Below, piece after piece: positions 24,448 through 35,932 of a stretch of DNA of 64,000 nt. The notes under the pieces are model-generated. The model was not told the origin of the DNA and ran no database searches. It was given only the letters and a program-made list of their open reading frames with translations. The stretch covers positions 923,001 to 987,000 of the forward strand of contig ML992502.1 of the NCBI GenBank assembly GCA_010093995.1, written 5' to 3'. Within the stretch, counting starts at the first letter, position 1; the number at the start of each line of letters is the position of its first letter. The position numbers and the translations under genes are program-made. This stretch comes from Elsinoe ampelina. Its lineage: Eukaryota.

Positions 24448-24829
24448 ATATACTGTAATATTACGAATAGTCCCAGCTTTTCTGTACCTCGATGTCTGCC
24501 AGCTCGTACCGGCTCTCTGACGATCCTAGCTTTGCCGACTCGGACCACTGGGACTCGCTCGTCACCTTCTTGTTGTTGAATCAAAGTATCGAGGTCAATG
24601 CGAGCGTTATAGAGACAGAGGGGATTCCCAAGTAGATATGTCCTTTCACGGAATACAGGGACTGTACGGCTAGATAGGCAGAAAAGAAGGATCAGACCGG
24701 CGTTCAAAAAGGTTGCATAGAAAGGCCAAAAGGTAGAACATTGGGCAGCGACACTATCAGCTGAAGCTGTCCTACAAGATACATGGTATGACAAGTATAG
24801 ACAATTCACGCATGCACTTCGACATCTCC

Positions 24830-25950
24830 TTGCCACCTCTCTCCACCCACTTCACAACTTCGCCCTCTTCTCCGTCTCCAAAATCGTCTCCATCCTCACC
24901 CTCCACCTCTCCGCCCACTCCGGATCAATAGCACAAGCATCAAAACTCGCCGTCGACCCAATCGCCTTCTCATCGCCCCCGATCCCCACCAAAAACTCCC
25001 CATCCCTCGGCCTCACCCCCATCTTCACCGCCCTAATATCAGCCACAAACGCATCCTCCCCCTCCCCCACCTCCCTCCCAAGATCATACTGCCCGGGCGC
25101 CAACCCCGGATTCCCCCTCCCCACCGAACTAACCCCACACGTCGCCCTCGGCGCCTGCGTCTTCCCCAACGCACCACCCGGCGCAGCCCCCTTCTGCAAC
25201 TCCACCGGCAACTTCGTCCGCTGCCTATCCACCGCATCGATGTAATTATTCGCAATCACCCGCCCGGCCCCCGTGGGTCCCCAATGCCTCACCCCGACCG
25301 CCCTCTCGTCCTCGTCCTGCGAGATCTTCCGCGGACGCTTCTGGTACCGACTCAGTTGGCGCTGGGCAGAGCGTACAAGCAGCCGTATGCGCCCGTCGAG
25401 ATCCAGACTCGAGGGAAGGAAAGGCAAGACCACACCGTCGGAGAAGGCGAGCATCATGCTGTCTGGCTCCGAGGTGTGGTTGAAGAACGGGCGGGGGTTG
25501 ATAGGGAAGGACCCGCCAAAGGGGAGACGTTGGGCGGTGGGGATGGAAGGGTGGCGGGTTTCGTAGAGCTCCATCATGACGATGGCGACGAGGACGAAGG
25601 AGCCGGCGCCTAGGGAGCAGGAGGTTTGGCGGCAGAGGTGGTGGAGGCGTTGGGTGCTGGGGGTGGAGAGGCGGGCGGTGACGTTGCCTGCGTTGAGGGT
25701 TGGGGGGCGGACGTACGGGAGGAGCGGGGAGAAGGTGGGTTGGGAGGGGAGGGTGGCGGGGATAGGGGAGGGGTAGCAGAGGGGGTTGGTGAAGGTGGGA
25801 GGGTTGGGTTTGTGCACGTGGCGGAGGATGAGCGTGATGGCCCAGTACCAGCGTTGGCGGGCGCGAGAGCCGGGGATGGGTGGGTAGAGGTCTTCTTGTG
25901 GTAAGGGGAGGCGAGTATGGAAGGTTGAGAGGAGGGAAGGGATGTCGGAC
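24830..25950. other. Skew-inversion domain F (switch ~25350-25450)
   Basis: C-rich at 24830-25320 and G-rich at 25480-25950. Confidence 0.85.
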
Positions 25951-26582
25951 TCCAGGCTAGCTACAGGCTTGTTGAGGATGTGCATGAAGTGCTGGATCCA
26001 GGTGTTGTTGGTCAAACCGTCTGAGATCTGGTGACCCATGATGAACATGAACCGTAACGACCAAGTGTCTGTGCCAGTTTTGATCAGAGGTAGTACGAAG
26101 AGTTTCGAGAGCGAGACTGCTGGGTCTACTATCCGTGACGAGTTCTGCGAGTGGTGGTATAACTCCTCGATCTCAATATCGGAGAAGTGGTCGTCCATGT
26201 GTATCAGCTGGTGGTGGGAGCGTTCTATAGCCTCCTTGGGATCCTTTGGGGTTTGTATGACACAAAATCGGGGTGGTATTATGGCCGTAGGGGCCACCAT
26301 GTACTCCTGCTGAAAGTGCGCGGAGGCGCCGAGTAGAGTATGGCTTAACCTCAAGTTCGTCCATGCAAGCAAGATTCTCCGTCTTAGTTGATCTTTCGAG
26401 AGCTTACTCTTGATCTCGAATGTAGCAGTCATGGTGATATCTGCTCGGCCTTCATTGTACAAGCCATCTGCATCGAAGCCGGTCTCTACAACTCCGAGAG
26501 GGCGGTAATGTACAGTATGGCCATTTACTTCCGCCTTTCGCCAAGCATGGTAGTCGCTTGCATACCTCCTGAGCCAATCCAT
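24852..26582 (-). CDS. CoA-dependent acyltransferase-like protein with HxxxDG motif and C-terminal PTS1 (AKL)
   Basis: RPLGVVE N-terminal motif, MGHQISDG, ends ...KRAKL*. Confidence 0.7.
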   Translation of the reverse strand: MDWLRRYASDYHAWRKAEVNGHTVHYRPLGVVETGFDADGLYNEGRADITMTATFEIKSKLSKDQLRRRILLAWTNLRLSHTLLGASAHFQQEYMVAPTAIIPPRFCVIQTPKDPKEAIERSHHQLIHMDDHFSDIEIEELYHHSQNSSRIVDPAVSLSKLFVLPLIKTGTDTWSLRFMFIMGHQISDGLTNNTWIQHFMHILNKPVASLESDIPSLLSTFHTRLPLPQEDLYPPIPGSRARQRWYWAITLILRHVHKPNPPTFTNPLCYPSPIPATLPSQPTFSPLLPYVRPPTLNAGNVTARLSTPSTQRLHHLCRQTSCSLGAGSFVLVAIVMMELYETRHPSIPTAQRLPFGGSFPINPRPFFNHTSEPDSMMLAFSDGVVLPFLPSSLDLDGRIRLLVRSAQRQLSRYQKRPRKISQDEDERAVGVRHWGPTGAGRVIANNYIDAVDRQRTKLPVELQKGAAPGGALGKTQAPRATCGVSSVGRGNPGLAPGQYDLGREVGEGEDAFVADIRAVKMGVRPRDGEFLVGIGGDEKAIGSTASFDACAIDPEWAERWRVRMETILETEKRAKL

Positions 26583-27152
26583 AATGTACGATGCTCAAAG
26601 CAGGCCCACAGTTGTCAGGGGAAGAAGGTGGCAAAAACTTACTAAGTCGCAGGGAAAATGAGGGGAACTCGATGAGCGGGTCGGCACTCCGGTTGTCTTG
26701 GGATATATCACTTGTGTAGCAGCATTGGTCATTATTTGATCGCCGGGCTGTAAGGTATCTGCACCCCATTCGTGCTGTATCATGGCGCGTGGCCTTGATG
26801 TGACCTGGCAAGAGGTTGTCAGATGTCAAAGAACAGCTTCGATTAGATAGGGGTTTCCGAAGATACGACTACACGGCATTTTCTGCAGGCGCATAGATGA
26901 AGCTGGACTAAAATAGCAACGTGCTCGTTGTTGCACATAGCAAGCAATATTCTCGACATTCAATTGCGGTCGTGGTTCACGTTGTCGCAATGTAGGCGAA
27001 ACAGGATCTTCGTGAGCTGGTTGGGAAACCCGCAAAAGATGTTCATTTACAACAAGCATTCCTCTTGCCTCGCATCTACCGACGCCATGTAAAGCCATAG
27101 AATAACCCGCTCTTATCAAGTAGTGTATGCATCCCAAACGCCATATCCCCAA

Positions 27153-27529
27153 TCATGACAGAGCAATCTGGCCCCGTCGACTGTCCCGGTAGTGTAGAAG
27201 CGCTTGAAATCCGCAGAAGACGAGAAATCCTAGATAGACAAAGACAGCACCGAATAGCGAAGTTGCGACAGCTCCTGCGTCCTTTGGGTCCGGATCCTCC
27301 TCTTTGCCGAGTACTGAGTGGTGCTCGTTCTGAGGACGGTCAGGCTGAAGCTCAGTCAAGCAAATAGGTGAAGAATCATACCTTAAAGAGACCTCCAATG
27401 ACGCTGAGAACGATGATTGCGAAGATGGAGATGACGATGCTGCGATATGTGAGCGACTGGCCTCGCTCTTCAAGCAATTATGCGAACTCACCATGACCAC
27501 GCATTGAGCGCCCCAACGACCGGCTTCAT
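27153..27529 (-). CDS. V-ATPase V0 subunit f-like small membrane protein (RNase kappa/YPR170W-B family)
   Basis: Spliced product MKPVVGALNAWSCIVISIFAIIVLSVIGGLFK-NEHHSVLG...AVFVYLGFLVFCGFQ with two TM helices. Two introns. Confidence 0.8.
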
Positions 27530-27861
27530 GGTGATGGACGTGCCAATATATGAAGGACTAGATATCCTGCTATCCTCAGGTAGTGATCAGATCAAACCGA
27601 GAGCGTCCCTAGGCAAAGGTGGTGGTAATTCCTCGACGATAGGAGGTTGGTTGACAAGGCCGATAGTGGAAGATCTCAGATGGATGGTGACGCCGCCGCG
27701 ATCCCATGAAGGTCCGGCAAATCGGAAAGTCTAGCCGAGACAAGTCCAGCTCAGCATCTCGACCATCACTGCGCCGACAGCAACAACTGAGGGAGTTCTT
27801 TAAAACATGATTTCTTGATCACTCGGTCTACGCATACTGCTGGACCCCAAACGCCGCGAAG

Positions 27862-29279
27862 ATGCTCTCCGGTATCTTGATATTCAACCAGAAAGGGGAG
27901 AACCTGATCTTCCGCGCTTTCAGGAACGACTGCCGACCCCGTCTCGCGGATGTCTTTCGCATCCAGGTCATATCGAATCCCCTCGTACGATCACCTCTCC
28001 TTACCCTTGGGAGCACCAGTTTCAGTCATATTAAGCACGAGAATGTCTTCTTGGTCGCGGTCACAAAAGGCAATGCCAATGCGGCGCTCATCTTCGAGTT
28101 CCTCTACAGGTTGGCGGGGTTGGGCAAGTCGTACTTTGGCAAATTCGACGAGGAGGCGGTGAAGAATAACTTTGTTCTGATATATGAGCTCTTGGATGGT
28201 GGGTTCAGGACGAATACTTCGCGGAACAGACCCGGGTATTGACGAAGGAGCAGAGATTCTTGACTTTGGTTATCCTCAAAACACCGACACGGACATGCTC
28301 AAGCAATACATTACAACAGAAGGAGTAAAGTCAGAACGGTTGACTGAGGACTCTTCGAAGATCACCATGCAGGCTACTGGTGTAATGTCTTGGAGACGCG
28401 ACAACATTCGGTATCGAAAGAACGAGGCGTTCGTGGACGTGATCGAGGATGTCAATCTGCTCATGTCTGCGAACGGCACGGTCCTTCGAGCAGATGTCAA
28501 CGGGCAGATTGAAATGCGTGCCTATCTCACAGGCACGCCAGAGTGCAAGTTTGGACTAAATGACCGCCTAACGATTGGCGACGATCCTCTTGGTGGTCCA
28601 AGCGGTAATACCTCAGGATCAAAGGCCACGAAAGCAGCTGCTGGGTCCGTCACGCTCGAGGATTGCCAATTCCACCAATGCGTGAAGCTATCAAAGTTCG
28701 ACACGGATCGGACCATATCGTTCATACCACCGGACGGTTCATTTGAGCTTATGCGATACCGCGCCACGGAGAATATCAATTTACCCTTCAAGGTACAGCC
28801 GATAGTCAATGAAGTCGGGAAGACCAAGGTTGAGTACTCCGTTGCTATCCGGTCGAACTTTGGCTCCAAGCTTTTCGCTACCAACGTGGTTGTCCGGATA
28901 CCCACCCCCCTGAACACGGCGAAGATCACAGAACGAACCAGTCAAGGGAAAGCCAAGTACGAACCTGAGCAGAACAATATTGTGTGGCGTATCCCTCGAT
29001 TTGGCGGTCAACAAGAGTTTGTCCTGTCAGCAGAAGCAACCCTTACAAGCATGACTACGCACAAGGCATGGTCAAGACCACCACTGAGCCTGAACTTTTC
29101 CCTTCTCATGTTTACCAGCAGCGGCCTATTGGTCCGGTACTTGAAAGTATTTGAGAAGAGCAACTATTCTAGTGTCAAGTGGGTGAGATACATGACGAGA
29201 GCGGGAAGCTATGAAGTCAGGTAAGTCAATCTTGGAAATAATAAAGATGCCTGAAACTGACAAACGAACAAGATTCTAG
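27862..29279 (+). CDS. APM4: AP-2 adaptor complex mu subunit
   Basis: MLSGILIFNQKGENLIFR, EILDFGYPQNT, FIPPDG and VKWVRYMTRAGSYEVRF motifs. Two introns; 7-nt terminal coding exon. Confidence 0.95.
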
Positions 29280-30281
29280 TTGGGCGGAAACGTTGTGGGA
29301 AGCAATACCAGGAAAGAGGCTGTTGTTAAAATGAATGATACCCCTTGCATATACCAACTTGTAGAATAGAAGTATTGAATTGAGGCCAATGACGTGAATA
29401 TTCTCCTACTTTGTCTGTGCCCTTCATAGCGAATTTGCATGTCTACAGAGACGTCCCGCGTTTCTGCTTCAGCACGGATCAAGTTCGATCGTACAGTAAT
29501 TCTGTGGCCTTGAGTTTGTGATACAACACCTACGCAACGGGCCACGAGAGAAGCCGCGTCTCCCAGATAAGGCCATCCTGGGCAGGAACGGCGAGTTCAA
29601 TAATTGTTCTCTAGATTAAGATCCCCAGGGTCGACTTGCGTGATCGAGGGTGAACAGCTTTAGGATCAGAGCGGAAGTGTCGGCGATTTTGGTTCCGTCA
29701 GTTGTGGTGGGGCTTCCACGACTGCGGCGCATGCGGCTCCTCAGCCCCTTCTGGCATCTGTCAGAATCCCATCATGTTCTACTTTACTATAGAAATAAAA
29801 CATTCGTAGCTGCGCAGCTGGGAACTGTACACTCATTTGGATATGTCCGATCTAGTTAGGTATTTTTTTCTCTTTCATAGAGTGAGGACATGTCCCATAG
29901 TTATCGGAGTATCGGTGATAGTGAGTAAGCGCTAAACGACGGGCTCTGCCGAACACTGCCTTCCCTCATTTGATCATTGCCAAGGTTTACGCAAATGTGG
30001 CAGCCTTGAGGTCAACCACCATTCTCTCATTCTCATGTTTCCGTGTTTCTCGTCCTTTTATTCCATCCTTCTCTCACCTTAAGAAGCAAACATAGCCAAA
30101 GTCAATCAGCCGGCTGCCTGGTGGGCTTTATGAAGTCCTGACATCCTCGATACAGTCGCGAAGAAGACTACGCCGCAGCATTGATCGACCAATCCCTCAC
30201 CAGAGGCAGACACGTCGCTCTCTGAGTCACACTTGAGCGACCTGCATACGGTCTGGACAAATCATTCGGTCGTCACCAGTC

Positions 30282-32669
30282 ATGGCTGTCCCTCATAACC
30301 TCCCGCGCCGCCGCCCGGCCAGCCCCAGCATAGACAATCTTACCGACTCCATGAAGACTGTCTCTCTTGCCAAAGGTTCAACCTTCCAAGTTCCTCCAAC
30401 GCAAGACACCGAAGTCCTCGATCCTTTCCTTCGAGGTCTCTCAATCCCCGGCTTGCCATGTCGTTCCGCGACGTGCCCCAAGTCTCTTGAGGATCTCCTC
30501 ATTGGCGCCGGCGAGCGTCGAGCTGTCGAGCTACTCAAGCGAGTAGACGAGGCTATTGCAAAGAACGCTGAGCTGAGCAATATTCTCAGCGAGCCTGAGG
30601 TACTTCCCGTCCCCCGCTTCATGGTCGAGCACGCACAAGTCCCAGACTCGAAGCCTCCCACACTTTCCCGACAAGATAGCCAACAAGATAAGGACAGTGG
30701 AATCGGCTCGAGCATCGTCTCGACGGAAGAGAAAATGAAGCACATGTCTGGTAAGGCAACATCTTATTGTCACAACACAATAGATGCTTATTGTTATTTT
30801 ATAGCAAACAACAATACGACACGCTCGGCTGTGAATCGCTCCATCGCAGGCAGCGACGACACTGAAAAGGCACACCAACTCAGCGAATACGCTCAAAAGC
30901 AGATCCACCGCCACATCATCGAACCGATTCTCAAGGAAGAGAAGCTCAAGGAGTTCCATCCTCTCATCAAGGACGTACCCAACAAGATCGGCAACAAGGA
31001 TATCCGCTCCCTCCGCGACCTTGAAAAGACCCTCATCTTTCTCGCTCCGGTAAGTAGTACCATCCCTCTTGATGTTCTGGGTGCATTTGCTTATTGGTGT
31101 TCCGGCGTACAGGACTATTCAGAGTCACCTACCGCTTACCGTTCCTTCTGTGAAACTTCGATTCGTTGTCTTCATTTGGCAGTCAACAGCGTTCACGAAA
31201 CCGACCGGTGCTCACCAACCGACCGACCGTACACAACTAATTACTTCATCGATCTGGTGGAACAGATCCGTAGGTACGCATCAATCTTGGCCGCAACACG
31301 CGCAAAACAAGCTCAAGGCGAAGAGCTCGACGAAATGGACGCCACATCGTATGTTCTCCCCACACTGGAATGCCTAACCGCCGGATTCGAGTCTAATTCA
31401 TGCAGGTCTGACGAGATCGAGCTGCAAGGCGGCGTGAGTCACAACGGGAAGCCGGCTGTCCTTACCCGTCGCCGAGGATCAAAGGTTATAAATATGGCCA
31501 CCAACCAGGTCATGTCTGAGGAGGACGTCGCCGCCGCGTCTGCCAAGCGCCACATGGAGGATGACTTGACAGATGATGACGGCGTCCGTCGCTCCATGGC
31601 TCGTCGCAAGAAGAATGAGCCGATCAGGACCTACTACTGCAAGCAAGATGGCTGCAGCAAGCAGTTCAAGCGTCCTTGCGACCTCACCAAGCACATCAAG
31701 ACTCACGAGCGCCCTTGGAAGTGTCCTGATGAGACTTGCAAGTATCACGAAGTCGGCTGGCCTACTGAGAAGGAACGCGAGCGTCACGTCAATGACAAGC
31801 ACTCCGACTCTCCAGTCATGTACAAGTGTCTTGAGCCTGGATGTCCCTACACCTCCAAGCGTGAGAGCAACTGCAAGCAGCACATGGAGAAGGCTCACGA
31901 CATTCCGTACGTGAGATCCAAGAACAACGGAAAGGGCAAAGCAGTGCAGCACTTGTCCAAAGTCTCACCATCTGTCAAGACTGACTCCGCTATTGGCACA
32001 CCTTTCACGCCACCTGCTCCGTCTCCGTCTGTTCACTCGTCTGCAAGTGGCGATTCCGTCATGGCTGGGCCTTCCAACTACATTCCGGAGAGCAACTTCG
32101 ACTTTAGTGACTTCATGCCGTCCCACTTCAACACGGATTATCTCAACCCGGCGTCTTCCATCCCATTCACCCCATCCTGGACCAACGACCGCCGTACATC
32201 CGTCGGAACGGGCACTTCTGTCACCAATTACTCTCCGTTTGATCCACCATCTCATGATTTCGGGGAGTCTTTGATGAAGACCGAGCAGTATGACTTCACC
32301 ATGTTCGACGCATACCAGCAGCCAACTCCTGACTCTATCAACAACATGAGTCTGTTCCCGGACAACAGTATGCCGCAAATCAACGCCAATGCTGATCTGA
32401 CCGCATTCTCTCCTCACGTCTCTCCTGGCGCGCAGGACATGACATTTGGCACTCACTTCAACGACGCCATGGCGATCGACAACTTTGCCACTGAGGATTT
32501 CTCCCTGTACGGCAACACTGCCATGGCACAGAATACGTTCCCACAGAACATGGGTACCAACGACAACTTTGGCGGCTTGGACAACATGGGTGGTCAGTTC
32601 TCAGCCACTCAGTCTGATAGCCAGCACGACATCTTGTCTCTTTTCCCAGAGCTCAAGAACCAAAACTAG
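30282..32669 (+). CDS. ACE1: C2H2 zinc-finger transcription factor ACE1/SltA
   Basis: SMARRKKN NLS and three zinc fingers (FKRPCDLTKHIKTHERPWKC...GWPTEKERERH...PYTSKRESNCKQHMEKAH). Introns 30751-30804, 31050-31112 and 31349-31405. Confidence 0.92.
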   Translation: MAVPHNLPRRRPASPSIDNLTDSMKTVSLAKGSTFQVPPTQDTEVLDPFLRGLSIPGLPCRSATCPKSLEDLLIGAGERRAVELLKRVDEAIAKNAELSNILSEPEVLPVPRFMVEHAQVPDSKPPTLSRQDSQQDKDSGIGSSIVSTEEKMKHMSGKATSYCHNTIDAYCYFIANNNTTRSAVNRSIAGSDDTEKAHQLSEYAQKQIHRHIIEPILKEEKLKEFHPLIKDVPNKIGNKDIRSLRDLEKTLIFLAPVSSTIPLDVLGAFAYWCSGVQDYSESPTAYRSFCETSIRCLHLAVNSVHETDRCSPTDRPYTTNYFIDLVEQIRRYASILAATRAKQAQGEELDEMDATSYVLPTLECLTAGFESNSCRSDEIELQGGVSHNGKPAVLTRRRGSKVINMATNQVMSEEDVAAASAKRHMEDDLTDDDGVRRSMARRKKNEPIRTYYCKQDGCSKQFKRPCDLTKHIKTHERPWKCPDETCKYHEVGWPTEKERERHVNDKHSDSPVMYKCLEPGCPYTSKRESNCKQHMEKAHDIPYVRSKNNGKGKAVQHLSKVSPSVKTDSAIGTPFTPPAPSPSVHSSASGDSVMAGPSNYIPESNFDFSDFMPSHFNTDYLNPASSIPFTPSWTNDRRTSVGTGTSVTNYSPFDPPSHDFGESLMKTEQYDFTMFDAYQQPTPDSINNMSLFPDNSMPQINANADLTAFSPHVSPGAQDMTFGTHFNDAMAIDNFATEDFSLYGNTAMAQNTFPQNMGTNDNFGGLDNMGGQFSATQSDSQHDILSLFPELKNQN

Positions 32670-33446
32670 GCTGTTCCCGGAAGTGCCTTCTCTTTTCCCT
32701 CCACGCTTTTTGATCGTGTTGAGGCGTTACGCATTGATGATATGATGGAAATTGTGAGCTTGATTATGAGACAGAACTTGCTTAATATAGGATAGGAGAC
32801 TGATGGACGAAGCGGTGGAGGTCACTGAGATCAGAAAATCATCCAAAAATAAGCGCTCGATAGCATGATATTGCCTTTTCGGCATTCAGTCAGAAAGATT
32901 GCTCCTCTCATATGGAAACTGCCAATGTATAGATACCATACCTTCGTCTTCGTATACGTGTTGTGATGGCGTGCCTACTCGAAGTCTGGCCTCTCGGTAC
33001 GAAGAGCCTCGGAGGTAATCCAGTACCTGATAAGGGTTCATTGCACCTGCATGAGAATGTTTAAAGGCTACAGGCGGGTGTGGTGACGCCCCCCACAGTG
33101 TTTCCGTACCAAGACCGCGCCAGTTTCGGGACATGATCGCAGCTACTTCTTTGGGCGATGGTGAAAGGCAAACATCACGTCGAGATTAAAAGTGATCTAC
33201 GCTTCCGTTGATCTTCAGCAAATCCCGTCAGAGGCAGGGATCCCACTTCTTTTCATTGATAGATGTTTCTATGTTGATGGGCATACGACACCTTCCCGAA
33301 AGAGCCCTCGGCATGCATCCAATTTGATGAACATAGTTGGGGTCCACAAGGACTGAGCATTGCTCGCGCACATATAAAAGTATCGATAGCCGTCCTACCA
33401 CTCTTCGCCCTCTCTTCCCCACCGCCACCGCATCACTACCGTCAAG

Positions 33447-35200
33447 ATGAAGCTTTTGCTAAGTCTTTTGACGTGCTTGCCCTTGGCGACCGCCCAGTTC
33501 GGCGTCCGCATGACAAAATGGAGGATGCAAGAGATGGTATGGCTGCTTGTACTCCTGTTTCGAGACGTCTGCTAATCCTGGACAGGTCGAAGAGACTAAA
33601 AAGTCTCGCGCTGCCTCCCACGCTCGTGCTGACACTGATCCTTCTCTCCTCTACCCAGAGCGCTGGATCCAAGTCCCCATCGACCATTTTCGCAACGTCT
33701 CGCAGTATGAGCCGCACACGAATGAGACCTTTGCGCTTCGCTACTGGTTCGATGCAACAAATTACAAGCCCGGAGGACCAGTCATCACACTGCAGAGTGG
33801 CGAGACCTCTGGTGTTGGTCGTTTGCCTTTCATGACTAAGGGTATTGTGGCACAGCTCACTCAAGCCACGAACGGTATTGGCGTCATCCTCGAGCATAGA
33901 TACTATGGAGAGTCGTTGCCGACCAAGTCGTTTTCGACTGCAGACCTGCGGTTCCTCACTACCGAGCAAGCTCTTGCCGACCAGGCCTTCTTCTCCCAGA
34001 ACATTGTCTTCCCAGGTTTCGAAGATGTCGACTTGACAAGCAAGACAACTCCTCACATCGCCTATGGAGGGTCCTATGCTGGGTCATTCGTAGCCTTCCT
34101 TCGTCTGTTATACCCCGACACATTCTGGGGCGCAATATCGAGTTCTGGTGTACCCAAGGCCATCTACGACTACTGGGAGTACTATGCTCCTCATGCAGAG
34201 TATGGACCACCGGCTTGCATCGCCACTCAGCAAAATCTGATTGACATCATCGACAACATTATTATTCGCAGTGGATCTGAGGAGTTGACAGCCGAGCTGA
34301 AGAGCGTATTCGGCTTGTCGAACGTGACGTGAGTCTACCTCATATTCGAGATATCAATATCATGTACTGACACGTATCAGCCATCTCGATGACTTTGCCG
34401 ATGTTGTCAGCACTGGTATCTCAGGGTGGCAAAGCCTCAATTGGGATCCGGCAATCTCCAGCAACAGCGTCTTCACCTACTGCAACACTATCACCGATAC
34501 CACTGTGCGGACACCTGCTACCGCTCCACTTCGAAGCCGCGTTGCAGCTCTTGTTGAGGCAGCTGGATACTCGGCTGATGCAAACACCGTCACCTCTATG
34601 CTTAACCTCATCGGCTACGTGAGCAGTTCCGTCACCAGCTGTGCGCGCCGCAACCAGACACAGGATCAGTGCTTCGGCTCTTATGACCCAGCGGATTACT
34701 CGGCCGACGACGTCAACCAGTCATGGAGGCTCTGGCCATACCAGTATTGCACGGAGTGGGGATATCTTCAGACGGGATCCGGCGTTCCAGCCGACCAGAA
34801 GCCGCTCCTCTCTCGCCTGATCGACCTGCCTCACAGCTCTTTGATCTGTAATTATGCCTTCAACCGTACCGAGCCGCCTGAGACGGATCGCATCAACAAG
34901 TATGGCGGCTACGATATCTCGTTTCCTCGCCTCGCATGGGTAGATGGTGAGACCGACCCATGGCGTCCTGCTGGTGTTCATGCATTCGACCAGGGTGCCA
35001 AAGACCGTGTCAGCACTGACAGTGAGCCATTCATCCTCATCTCCGATGCTGTCCACCATTGGGATGAGAATGGTGTGTTCCCCAACCAGACGAATTCTAC
35101 CTTCCCGCCGCAGAGGATCAAGGATGTGCAGGCTGAGGAGGCGAGATTTGTCAAAGTGTGGTTGCAAGAGTTTGAGGAGTACAAGCTCAATTTTGGTTGA
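33447..35200 (+). CDS. Secreted serine carboxypeptidase, family S28
   Basis: Signal peptide; VPIDHF, LEHRYYG, YGGSYAG (catalytic Ser), DGETDPW and VHHWDE motifs. Two introns. Confidence 0.92.
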
Positions 35201-35932
35201 AGTAGAGAGATAGGCGGTTGTAAATGTCTATAATGAATACAACGAAACTATCACTACCAAGTCGTATCTCAATATTACGATCGAAGAAATGCCTTTACAA
35301 GACGACAATCCAGGAATTAGCCGGAAACGGAAAGGGAGGAATGTGAGATGGAATTTATCACGTGATACGCCAGGTTGTGAGCCCTCTTTTTTCTCCGCAG
35401 CTGTTTTTCTTTTCTCATCTCCAAATTGCCACACCATATCAACTCTTATGTTTTTCTCGCCACGTCACAGGGCAGATTAGATGTGTGCACTCCATAGTGA
35501 CTCGTGTGTGTGCCAGAATCAAATGTCTCGACAATCAGTGGTGTTCATGATAGAGTAAGACACCGTAAGTGAGTACACTTCAATTGCTCCACATAAAACA
35601 AGGGACAATTGCTCGACAGCATTTATTGCTCAATTGTCTGAACAAGAAGTTGCGCATAATTTATATTGGCGAGCGAGGTGGCTGGGAGTATTGTGGTCGA
35701 TCAGCTATTGTCACTTGCACATGCTCCGGAGGAGCAATCGCTCAACTCCTTACAACTCATCAAAATCTACACAAACATCCTTTCCTACCAATACAACCCA
35801 CCTCTCTTACTTTCTATCTGTCCGTACCGAGCACAAAGCGACCTGCATCTTCACTTCATTCCTCAATTTGTCAGAACAAACCGCATCCGTCACCATCAAG
35901 GACAAAGAGATCCTCCGCAAAGCACAAACACA

